From Octopus sinensis (Eukaryota), in NCBI RefSeq assembly GCF_006345805.1, contig NC_043018.1, positions 18,600,001 through 18,664,000 on the forward strand: 64,000 nucleotides of DNA, given 5' to 3'. Below, piece after piece: positions 52,769-64,000 of the stretch. Positions within the stretch are counted from its first letter, which is position 1; the number at the start of each line of letters is the position of its first letter. The translations under genes were made by a program, and so were the position numbers. Below the pieces are notes generated by a model, which was given only the letters and a program-made list of their open reading frames with translations, ran no database searches and had not been told where the DNA came from.

Positions 52769-52832
52769 TTCTGCACCGACATCCGAAACTCAGAGTTTTA
52801 TTATGGCAACCGAATAATTGTCACATATTATA

Positions 52833-52973
52833 TAAGGTTGTCCCAAAAGTTCGTAGAAAGTCTTGGAAAATAATGGTCTTTATTTTGAGGAATAATTTTT
52901 GTTGTTTTTGTTAGTACTTGGCGAGTAAAAATTCAATTTTCGCAAGTGTTTACGAACTTTTGGGACAACCTAA
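52833..52973. mobile_element. Tc1/mariner-like MITE
   Basis: Terminal inverted repeats aggttgtcccaaaagttcgta / tacgaacttttgggacaacct, flanked by TA. Confidence 0.85.
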
Positions 52974-54265
52974 TATTACAGATAAATTCCTCTATTTACA
53001 AAATATTGAGGTCTCATTCATTCTTTTATTGTCATACCATTACTATTAACACACGCAAACACACAGAAATGAGGAAATGAAAATGAAAAGAGCGATCAGA
53101 GTACAATGTCAGTGTGACCTCCGATAACAATGGCTGAGACAAACCTCAGAACAAACAATGCAGAAAGAAAGATGATTAAGCATTACCAATCAGCAGTTCC
53201 ATATTCCAACAGGTAAAAAAAAAAAAAATTACATTGGAAAAAAAAAACAAAAAAAAACCAAAAAAGAAAACATATAAATTACAAGAAAAATGAAAATTTA
53301 AAAAAGAGTTAAATTTTGAAATGGAATTTCTCAGGAAATTCTCACCGATGCTGTTTGCAATATTCTAAGATAAACCATTCATTTCTGAATGGTGTCTGCT
53401 AAAATAAAATGGAAACTGACATATTTGGTGCAGTGATCCAAGAAATTTTAATTAACACTGGCACCAACGTACCTAATGTGTTGAGAACAGAATGGTTAAT
53501 TAATTAACTTTACAGCTATAGTAATGAGAAATATGATTCTTGTAATATGGTGAATTTCAAAACATGCTGACCGATGCCATTACTTGCAGAATTGTGCTGT
53601 GCAGGATGTGAAAGCATTTCGTTTGATAATGTACTGTATCTGTCAAAAAAGCCACCATAAGGAGGGCAGGGTCAAGTAGTTATGGTAGGGGTCAACTGGT
53701 TATGATAGGGGTCAATTATTTACAGACCATTCTTTTATTCTTTTCTTTGTTTCAGTCATTTGACTACAGTCATGATGGAGCACTGCCGTTAGCTGAATAA
53801 ATTGGCCCCAGGACTTATTCTTTGTAAGCCTAGTACTTATTCTATCGCTAAGTTACGGAGACGTAAACACACCAGTATCGGTTGTCAAGCGATGATGGGG
53901 GCACAAACACAGACACACAAACATATACATATGTATATATACAATGGGCTTCTTTTCAGTTTCCATCTACTAAATCCATTCACAAGGCTTTGGTCTGCCT
54001 GTGGCTATAGTAGAAGACACTTGCCCAAGATGCCATGCAATGGGACTGAACCCAGAACCATGTGGTTTCTAAGCAAGCTACTTACCACACAACCACTCCA
54101 ACTTGTATACTTCTAGATAGAGCCTGCTTAGTCAACATCCATCTTATGTAGTACCCTCTGGAGGAGAAGGAACTAGCCATTGCCACCACCACTACCATCC
54201 ATATTACAGTTATTGTCACATTGTTATGTTACCAGTAAACAGCCCTTGAAGTTTTGAAACACAGT

Positions 54266-54432
54266 AACAGAGCATACAGACTTCCAGTTCACAGGTGACA
54301 CAACAAAATCATTTCAATATTACACATACATCAATATTATATATATATATATATATATATATGAATACATATAATATATATATATATGCATATATAATAT
54401 ACATATACATATATATATATATATATATATGC

Positions 54433-54463
<31 letters not shown>

Positions 54464-54572
54464 ATTATATATATATATATACATATATCTATATACATAT
54501 ATATAGATAACAGAGCATACAGACTTCCAGTTCACAGGTGACACAACAAAATCATTTCAATATTACATACAT

Positions 54573-54578
<6 letters not shown>
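54266..54578. repeat. ~70-bp direct repeat separated by (TA)n
   Basis: taacagagcatacagacttccagttcacaggtgacacaacaaaatcatttcaatattaca at 54266 and 54508. Confidence 0.9.
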
Positions 54579-54613
<35 letters not shown>

Positions 54614-54701
54614 ACATATATATATATCATAATATCGGTTTTTTTGACTATTTATTACATTATATTGATTATCTTTCCTAAAATAGTGGTTTTGTCTCAT
54701 A

Positions 54702-54747
<46 letters not shown>

Positions 54748-55214
54748 AACACACATATAATATATATGCATGTATAAGTGCGCATATATTTATATATATA
54801 TATCATAGCATACATAATATAATATATTAGACACACACACACACACACATGATAAAAATAATACAATGAAGAAATGTGATTTAAGGTGTTGAGTGTGAAA
54901 CACAGAATATTTTCATGAGGAGGAGAGACTCTGATTCCGTGTGAAACAAATTCTCCATTGTCTGACTGCCAGATATGACAGTTATGTTGAGGAATAATGT
55001 CATTACATTTGATATCTTGGATTCATTCAGTCTCATCCTCTGCTGCAACGATTAAAAATGGCTGAGTGGCAGGCAGCTTTAGAGATTTCATTTGGAAACG
55101 GTGAGTGGTGAGTAAAGAATAGCTAATGTACATTCATTGCCACAGGCTGTTACTGTGAATCTAATTGTTCCTTGATCTATCAGTCTATCCTCAAGATATA
55201 TATATATATATATA

Positions 55215-55557
55215 TCATCATCATCATCATCATCATCATCGTTTACGTCCATTCTCCATGCTAGCATGGGTTGGATGGTTCAACCGGGGATCTGGGAAGC
55301 CAGAAGGCTGCACCAGGCTCCAGTCTTATCTGGTAATGTTTCAACAGCTGGATGCCCTTCCTAATGCCAACCACTCCATGAGTGTAGTGGGTGATTTTTA
55401 CATGCCACCTGCACAGGTGCCAGGTGAGGCTGGCAACAGCCACGGTCAGATTGGTGCATTTTACATGCCACCGGCACGGAAGCCAGACGAGGCGCCACTG
55501 GCATCGGCCACGATTCAGATGGTGCTTTTTACGTGCCACCGGCACGGAAGCCAGTCG
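55215..55557 (-). mobile_element. Family C with internal tandem units
   Basis: Same layout as 24340-24840. Confidence 0.85.
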
Positions 55558-55872
55558 AGGCCTAGTGGTTAGGATATTCAGCTCACAATCATAAGGCCAT
55601 GAGTTCAATTCTTGGTGATACCTTGTGTTCTTGAGCAAGACACTTTATTTCACATTGTTCCAGTCCATTCAGCTAGCAAAAATGAGTTGTACCTGTGTTT
55701 CGAAGGGCCAATCTTATCACATTTTGTGTCACACCAAATATCCCTAAGAACTACATTAAGGGTACCTGTGTCTGTGGAGCGCTCAGCCACTCACATGATA
55801 ATTTCCCAGTCAAGCTGTTCCATCAGTCAGATCAACTGGAACTCTCCCCGTTGTAACAGACACAATGCCAGT
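55558..55872 (+). mobile_element. tRNA-derived SINE family D
   Basis: A box GGCCTAGTGG, B box GAGTTCAATTC, then gtgttcttgagcaagacactt. Confidence 0.8.
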
Positions 55873-56654
55873 TTGTTCCTGACCATCACTACTTTACAAC
55901 TGGTGATGGTTTGTTTATGTCCCTATCACTTAGTGTTCCAGTGAAAGAATGGGTGTTAGATCATCATCATCATCATCATCAGGAAATAAATCCTGGGGTC
56001 AATTTCTTCGAATAAAACCCACTTCAAGATAGTGCACCAGCTTGGCCACAGTCCAATGGCTGACAGAAGTAAACGTTAAAGATGTCTCTCTACCTATGGA
56101 TGTGAGTCATGGCTCTTGGAATTTGAACCTGCAAATTTCTCATGCAAAGAAAAACAAAAGCCCCAAATAAAGAAATAAAATTTGTTCCATTAAAATAGAA
56201 ACTAAAACCAAAGCAATTTGGTGTTGTTTAGCCCTGGGTCAGCCTTGACTGAGTCAACATTTCAGTGTCAACCACTCTGTTTTTGAAAGAATTTGTAAGA
56301 CTACAACAGCTAAGGGACCCTTCTATTATTTCAAAAGGAACGTGTTGAGGAAATTTTGACTGCTATTTCTTACAAGTTGAGAGAAGGGTCATGTAGAGGT
56401 ATCCTTGTCAGTTGCTGTACAACAAGGCAGAACTCATATGTCAGGTTAACCTACAGAAAACTGGTAAAGTTTTGGTGATTCCTTCACTATGTAGTCATAC
56501 TTACAAAGACTTATTCTTTGTAAGCCTCGTATTTATTCTATCGGTATCTTTGCCAAACTGCTAAGTTACGGGGATGCAAAGACACCACCAACGGTTGTCA
56601 AGCGATGTTGGGGGGACAAACACAAACACACAAACATATACACACACATATATG

Positions 56655-56699
<45 letters not shown>

Positions 56700-56768
56700 G
56701 GAGTAAACACATAAATGTGAAACAAGGTGGAAAAAAGAGTACTCAAATACCAGTGGTAGAGTAATATG

Positions 56769-56926
56769 CTTTATTTAAAGCAGCAGAAAATTCAACAAAA
56801 CCTGTTACTCTGAGTTTCATGTTCCCGTTCGTCGGACAGTTTTTGCTAGAAAAAACTGTCCGATGAATGGGAACGTGAAACTCAGAGTAACAGGTTTTGT
56901 TGAATTTTCTGCTGCTTTAAATAAAG
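56769..56926. repeat. Near-perfect palindrome (76-bp arms, 6-bp spacer)
   Basis: ctttatttaaag...ggacagttttt gctaga aaaaactgtcc...ctttaaataaag, with 2 mismatches seen. Confidence 0.95.
56856..56893 (+). ncRNA. Minimal hammerhead-like motif, U4C core variant (mirror copy 56802-56839 on the minus strand)
   Basis: CUGU CCGAUGA AUG-GGAA-CGU GAAA CUC-A-GAG UA ACAG. Confidence 0.65.
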
Positions 56927-57483
56927 TATATATATATATATATATATATACATACACATATATACGACGGGCTTCCTTCAGTTTCCATCTACCAAATCCA
57001 CTCACAAGGCTTTGGTCGGCCCGAGGCTATAGTAGAAGACACTTGCCCAAGGTGCCACGCAGTTGGAATGAACCCAGAACCATATGGTTGGTAAGCAAGC
57101 TACTTACCACACAGCCACTCCTGCACCTAAAAGATCTGCCAAAATTATAAATAACGGGGAAAAATATACCATGATAAAATTTATTTTACCAATGGAAATT
57201 CTTATTTAAAGACAATTGTTTGATAAACAAGTGTATATCATTTATAGATGTTTATCAGATGCTTATCAAGCTGCGAAACAATTATCATTGAATAAAAGTT
57301 TCCAGTGGTGAAATGAATTTTATCATAATATATTTCTCTCGTTATTTATAATTTTATACACTGTTTTTCTTTTATATCGTACAATATATTGTATGTGTTT
57401 TGTAGACTGATACATTAAGGCACCTTCTTTTTTTTTAATGAGTAGCACTGGATGAGCTGAATCCATATACTGTGACTTAAATT

Positions 57484-57527
<44 letters not shown>

Positions 57528-57532
<5 letters not shown>

Positions 57533-58057
57533 TCGTGTCCGTTGCCAGCCTCGCCTGGCCCCCGTGCCGGTGACACGTAAAAGCACCATCCGTTCGTGGC
57601 CGTTTGCCAGCTCTGTCTGGCCCCCATGTCGGTGGCACGTAAAAGCACCATCCGTTCGGGTCTGTTGCCAGCCTCGCCTGGCCCCCGTGCCTGTGACACG
57701 TAAAAGCACCATCCGTTCGTGGCCGTTTGCCAGCTCTGTCTGGCCCCCATGTCAGTGGCACGTAAAAGCACCATCCATTCGGGTCCGTTGCCAGCCTCGC
57801 CTGGCCCCCGTGTCGGTGGCACGTAAAAGCACCATCTGTTCGGGTCCGTTGCCAGCTCTGTCTGGCACCTGTGCGGGTGGCACGTAAAAAGCACCCACTA
57901 CACTCACGGAGTGGTTGGCGTTAAGAAGGGCATCCAGCCGTAGAAACACTGCCAGATCTGACTGGGCCTGATGAAGCCTTCCAGCTTCACAGACCCCAGT
58001 TGAACCGTCCAACCCATGCTAGCATGGAAACAGACGCTAAATGATGATGATGATGAT
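57528..58057 (+). mobile_element. Family C with six alternating ~61-62-bp internal units
   Basis: cacgtaaaagcaccat repeats over 57528-57895, followed by the family 3' end and (gat)n. Confidence 0.9.
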
Positions 58058-58064
58058 ATTTATA

Positions 58065-58629
58065 TGAAGCATGACCTTCGAATGTTGGGCCTCACAGAGG
58101 CAATGACAAAAGACTGAAACCTCTGGAGGTATGCAGTGACTGAGAAGACCTGGCAAATAAAGTGAGTCCACAGCTGTAACCTACACCAGTGTCGCGTAAT
58201 CAGCCCACTCAAAAGTACTTTGGATTGTAGGGTACATGCTGTGTTTGAGGAGACCTATTGAGTCAAGTACATCAACATGAAAATCAAAATCAAATCAAAT
58301 TAAAATTGTAGTTGTGACCCCCATGCTGGTAGTACATAAAAAGCACCATCCGAACGTGGCTGATGCCGGTGCCGCTTTGACTGGCTTCCGTGCTGGTGGC
58401 ACGTAAAAAGCATGATCCGATTGTGGTCATTACCAGCTCCTCTCGCCCCAGTGCCAGTGGCACATAAAAAGCACCCACTACACTCTTGAAGTGGTTGGCG
58501 TTAGGAAGGTCATCCAGCTGTGGAAACACTGCTAGATCAGATTGGGGCCTGGCGCAGCCTCCTGGCTTCCCAGACCTCAGTCAAACTATCCAACACATGC
58601 CAGCATGGAGAGTGGACGTTAAACGATGG

Positions 58630-58660
<31 letters not shown>
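58065..58660 (+). mobile_element. Family C, longer copy with upstream sequence
   Basis: Three internal units and a (gat)n tail; upstream part resembles the reverse complement of 24740-24830. Confidence 0.75.
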
Positions 58661-58661
<1 letters not shown>

Positions 58662-59588
58662 GGATGTAAATTTAAGAGGCAAGGATCCAAGTGTAGGAAG
58701 TAAATAAACTCTGAGCAGTCTGTAGAAGATGTAAAAACCAATTTTCAGGAACGACAGTATTTTGTGAGATTTTTTTTTTTGTTCCATATCGAAGTTTGAT
58801 AAGATGTAAAAAGTTATTTTATAATTAATGAGTAGCAACTGGCGATGCTGCGTATGCAAATAAAAATCCAAATTGAGGGAATGGAACTGGTGAAACCCAG
58901 GCTACATGGGTCTCCTAGCAAGCAAGGGTTACTCTGCAAGTTACTCATTGGGCCGAAGATACCTTAGTAAAATAAAGGTGACCCTGTCTTCAATGGATCC
59001 CAAGTTAACTTGCATCATTACATACTCTCTTTTACTCTTTTACTTGTTTCAGTCATTTGAATGTGGCCATGCTGGAACACTGCCTTTAGTCGAGCAAATC
59101 GACCCCAGGACTTATTCTTTGTAAGCCTAGTACTTATTTTATCAGTCTCGGTTGCCCAACCGCTAAGTTACAGGGATAAAAACACACCAGCATCGGTTGT
59201 CAAGCGATGTTGGGGGTGACAAACAGAGACACACAAACATACACACACACACACACACATATATATATACATATATACGATGGGCTTCTTTCAGTTTCTG
59301 TCTATCAAATCCACTCACAAGGCTTTGGTTGGCCTGAGGCTATAATAGAAGACAGTTGCCCAAGGTGCCAAGCAGTGAGACTGAACCCAGAACCATGTCG
59401 TTGGCAAGCAAGCTACTTACCACACAGCAACTCCTACGCCTATATTTTTTTGTATATATGTAAAAAAACATGTATATTTTTTTGCTTGTCTTTACTCAGC
59501 AGCTGGACTTGTTGGTCAACAACTAATTCTTTCTGCTTTTCTACTAAAACACCATTCTACAACATCAATATTTCAGTGGCCAGCTTCA

Positions 59589-59817
59589 TTAACCCTTTAG
59601 CATTTAAACTGGCCATATCCGGCCAAAAGTATTCTGCCTGTTTTATGTTCAAACTGGCCAAATCTGGTCTCTCACACCAACCCTACAATATCATCTTAAA
59701 AATTAACAACTACCTCATCAAAATCTCGTAACTACAAGATAATGCATGATTAATTCAAAACAATGTGGATAAAAAACCATTAGTTTTGGCAGAATAATGT
59801 GAACACTAAAGGGTTAA
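59589..59817 (+). mobile_element. piggyBac-like MITE family P1
   Basis: ttaaCCCTTTAG...CTAAAGGGttaa. Confidence 0.9.
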
Positions 59818-60587
59818 GTCCACCATAGGTCCATAGCCATGCTGCAGATTTTTGTGGAGTCCTTATCAGTTAATTACCAAAATTCCCTTTCTTATATTCT
59901 TAAGATAAAAATTACTACAACACACACATTGTTTTGTATTATGTCAGGTCTGTTACTTTAACATTTTCACTGCTTCATATGTACACACGCTTCTGTAACT
60001 CTGCCTCGCCTTTTCTCATATTAACCTTTTCCCAACTCAGAAAAGCTCCACCGAATAATTCTCCACAGGAACAATGTCACAGAGTCATGTGCAACACTCT
60101 TGAAAAAGCCTGCATGTTTGCGTTAATGTGTTTGCTGAATTAATTTATGGAATACGTGCTTAATGTCACTGAACTTTGAAAGATTTTGATATTAACGAAA
60201 TTCTAAATCAATTACTCAACAGCCCAGCTTCCGCCAAATTGTGTCTTGAACGTAATGAAGCAAATTATTTATCAAACACTAACGAGAGATAATTGGTAGT
60301 TACTCAAACCATTTGGTAACATAACTAGGTGAGTTGACAATGACAACAGACACAAAAGTAAATTTTCAATGAGTAACATAAGTGTTATACAACAGTTCGT
60401 TATTATATATATATATAGCCTCCCTTCCTTGCCAATTGCCAATGGGGTGGTCACATCTACTGAGTAGCGGTCTTCTACAGTTGCACATCCATCTTTTCTT
60501 TTTATGTATGGATATCTGTGTGTACATACATATATACATGCATGCATGCATATGCGTGTATGTATGTATGTGTGTGTGTGTGTGTGT

Positions 60588-60918
<331 letters not shown>

Positions 60919-61385
60919 GTGTATATGTAGGCATTCATAAGTAAGAAATCAGCTGCTGTAGAAATGAGCTACTTAGTGAATGTTAGCACACATACACACA
61001 TGGATGTACACACACACTCTCACACACACACATACACACACTTAAACTGTATAATTTATGTCCAATGACCGCATGTTTAAAAGCAGTGGATTGGCAAAAC
61101 CATTATAGCACCAAATAGATTATGTTGCAGTATTTGTTCCAATTCTCTCAGCACTAAGTTCAAATCTCACCCAGGATCTCACTTGGGGCAGCGGCCTTTT
61201 ATTTAAAATGGCGGTGCCCCAGCATGGCCACAGCTCATGAGCTGAAACTAGAATCAATCAATCAATCATTAACTTTCATCCTTTCAGGGTCAATAAAAAA
61301 AAAAGGGAGAAGAAAAACCACCAACCACAGCAGGAGGGTGGATGGTCAGAACTGTCAGAATATCACACAGGATGTCTTGCAGTAT

Positions 61386-62262
61386 TATAACAAAGAATTT
61401 GGTAAAATAACTTAGTTATCATTCAGCCAGTGTTAGGAACATAAATTGTGACTAAGGTTTGGTGGAAGATTTTAAGTCAAAACTTTTGAAACAAGACATT
61501 AGTGGTTTCAGCTGAGTTTGTATTGAAAGGGGTAAATTAAGCATTTGTTAACCCTTTGGTTGCCATATTTCTGTTGAGACGCTCTGTGTTTCTTTCAATT
61601 ATTTCAAATATAACAAAGAATTTAGTAAAATAATTTAGTTATCAATAAGCTCGTGTTAGGAACATAAATTGTGACTAAGGTTTGGTGGAAGATTTTAATT
61701 CAAAACTTATGAAAACAAGACATTTGTACTTCAGAGCCAGAGCCAGTTTCAGCCAGGTGGGTATCAAAAGGGTTAAGAATTGTTTCTCTATTATATATTT
61801 TAACCATTTTGTTACCATATTGCTGTTGAGATGCTCTGTGTTTCTTTCATTTAATTTTAAAAAATATAACAAAGAATTTAGTAAAATAACTTGGTTATCA
61901 TTCAGCTGGCGTTAGGAATATAAATTGTGACTAAGGTTTGGTGGAAGATTTTAATTCAAAACTTTTCAAAACAAGACATTAGTACTACAGAACCAGAGGT
62001 GGTTTCGGCTGGGTTTGTATTGAAAGGGATAAATTAAGCCTTTGGTTGCCATATTTCTGTTGAGACGCTCTGTGTTTCTTTCAATTATTTCAAATATAAC
62101 AAAGAATTTAGTAAAATAATTTAGTTATCATTAAGCTCGTGTCAGGAACATAAATTGTTACTAAGGTTTGGTGGAAGATTTTAATTCAAAACTTATGAAA
62201 ACAAGACATTTGTACTATAGAGTCAGAGGTGGTTTCAGGAGGGTTGATATCGAAAGGACTAA
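61386..62262 (+). mobile_element. Four tandem piggyBac-like MITE P2 copies
   Basis: Best copy 61548-61775 reads ttaaCCCTTT...AAAGGGttaa; ctaaggtttggtggaagatttt occurs four times. Confidence 0.85.
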
Positions 62263-63015
62263 AAGAGTTTGCACAGACTCTGTAGTTTTTGCATGGGGTA
62301 AAGCATCTCTAATGCTTATTTTTCCTTTCATATTCTCCATATATTTCATGAAAAGTATGAAATATTTACATATGAAATATATAAATATATAAACAGATAG
62401 ATAAATATTTGAAATGTGAGATATTACTTTTTCTTTTATGGCACAGCAATGTATCGCATTTTCCTATTTTTTAAAAATAAAATTGATTCATTCTGATGTG
62501 ACAACAACCATCACCTCTAATATTCAATTCTGTTGACTTTTATATCTCGATAGCTAGCTGCAAGTAATGTGGAATAAAATATCAATTTTAAAGCAATACT
62601 CACCAGCAATATCTCATATCTCGGATGATATCTTTGATGCAGTCAGTTAAGATTGATACATTCTCGAATTTCATTCCACGGCTGAAAAGGGTAAGATTTT
62701 TTTTTTTTAAATACAGAATATTATCAAAAGTTAACATCTGTGTGTGAATGTATGTGTATGCCAGTGTGTTTGTGTGTGTGAATTTATATACATTTGCAGA
62801 GACTCATATATGTAATTTAGAGAGATATAATCGTTGATTAAATGATATTATCTATGTGATTGGAAAACAAAATCTCCCTCTAAATGTGTTTAAAATCAAA
62901 AAGCAAAAATAACAAAGGAGGCAATTATAAAATTATTAGATAATACAATTTTTGTTTTGAAAATGCAAACAATGGTGTTAGGAGTCAATGCTGCTTTGAA
63001 AGTCAACTGGTGAAA

Positions 63016-63058
63016 GCAACAGACATGTTTCAGTCTTGTTAGATCTCAACAGTGAAGC
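63016..63058 (-). ncRNA. Degenerate minimal hammerhead remnant
   Basis: GCUUCA CUGUUGA GAUCU-AACA-AGACU GAAA CAUG UC UGUUGC; A6 is mutated and stems are imperfect. Confidence 0.4.
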
Positions 63059-63187
63059 ATATTCACATTGAGAGTATATTTCTACTCTGACTCAAGGCAT
63101 CTGATGAGTGAGTTGTTGAATCAAGTCTATAAAACTTCAAGTAATGAGAGGGTGGATCAACTTGTTAATAAATACATATACAAGCAG

Positions 63188-63239
<52 letters not shown>

Positions 63240-63300
63240 GTAGTAGTAACAGAAAAGAGGAATTTCGGTTGTCCCCACATGGTGGATTGTAATGTATATA

Positions 63301-63544
63301 AGAAAAATAAAAATGGAAAATATGCACACTTACATGGTTATAGTATAATTTTTAATGTATCGACCGTTTCGCAATCGCTATTCATGATACGTTTAATTTA
63401 TATGAAAATATATTTTTTCATATAAATATATTTTTTCATATAAATTAAACATTGTATCATGAATAGCGATTGCGAAACCGGTCGATACATTAAAAATTAT
63501 ACTATAACCATGTAAGTGTGCGTATTTTCCGTTTTTATTTTTCT
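63301..63544. repeat. Near-perfect palindrome (~115-bp arms) between (TA)n tracts
   Basis: agaaaaataaaaatggaaaatatgcacacttacatgg... / ...ccatgtaagtgtgcgtattttccgtttttatttttct. Confidence 0.95.
63453..63489 (+). ncRNA. Minimal type I hammerhead motif with compensatory A3-U8 core (mirror copy 63356-63390 on the minus strand)
   Basis: UGUAUC AUGAAUA GC-GAUU-GC GAAA CCGG UC GAUACA: 6-bp stem I, palindromic ACCGGU stem III and GUC cleavage triplet. Confidence 0.75.
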
Positions 63545-63594
<50 letters not shown>

Positions 63595-64000
63595 TGTCAC
63601 TTGTTTCAGTCATAATTGGTAATTACTCAGTTGAAGAATTTTATGTCAAAAGAATTGAGCCCAGTATTTATTTTTTATTTTATTTTATTTATTTATTCAT
63701 TTATTTATTTTTGTTAAGCCTGATACATATTTTTAAAATTTCTGGATGCTGCTGTCCTACGAAGATTTCCTATCTTGTCGTTAAAAGCATGAAATGGGTC
63801 CGTAAAACAATCAACAACTGATGATCGAGTTATCTGCTTTTGGTATTTGGTCCTGTACTTGTCTCTCGTGTGTTTATGCTTTTTTCACTCATTGGTGATG
63901 CCCTGTACTTAATGTGTATTTTTCATTTCTATACATATATATATATATATATATATATAATAATTATTTGAGGGAATATAAATCCAAACTTACAGGGAAA

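Larger units (their letters stand above)
56507..57128 (-). mobile_element. SINE family A hosting a palindromic insert in its (TA)n
   Basis: SINE halves at 56507-56697 and 56927-57128. Confidence 0.85.

Noticed and set aside
53667-53716. Three GGGTCA nuclear-receptor half-sites
   Set aside because: Explained by a ~21-bp tandem repeat, and the spacing is not a standard response element.
57528-57895. CRISPR-like repeat/spacer appearance
   Set aside because: The spacers are two alternating variants of one sequence, the context is eukaryotic and there are no cas genes.
57960-57990. CTGATGA in a family C copy as a hammerhead core
   Set aside because: Other copies read cctggtgcagcc here, and no stem II-GAAA follows.
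63750-63830. Possible further hammerhead (gctgtcctacga...gtaaaacaatc; nearby ctgatga)
   Set aside because: Too many core and stem mismatches to support.

Overview
AT-rich eukaryotic DNA dominated by microsatellites and transposon debris. The SINE families and the (TA)n/(CA)n/(GAT)n density suggest an octopus or other coleoid cephalopod (inference), and the region is probably intronic or intergenic. No intact protein-coding gene is supported; almost all listed ORFs are microsatellite or SINE read-throughs. Content: about 20 copies of a tRNA-headed SINE with an internal microsatellite, several other SINE families, TTAA-flanked piggyBac-like MITEs, hAT- and mariner-like MITEs, decayed RTE, CR1/L2, DIRS-like and Penelope (GIY-YIG) coding remnants, a 5S rRNA fragment and several minisatellites. 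The most interesting signal is a set of up to five unrelated short elements carrying minimal type I hammerhead ribozyme motifs with loopless or near-loopless palindromic stem III, the form associated with Penelope-like elements. Four occur as head-to-head inverted dimers. Their cores differ: canonical C3-G8, a compensatory A3-U8 swap, a probable G3-C8 swap and a U4C variant. One family joins the ribozyme to a Pol III tRNA-like head. A second notable structure is a 221-bp tandem array (about 7.5 units) of a CR1/L2 LINE 3' end capped by a tRNA-like segment. Coordinates were read by eye, and repeat ends may be off by several bases.
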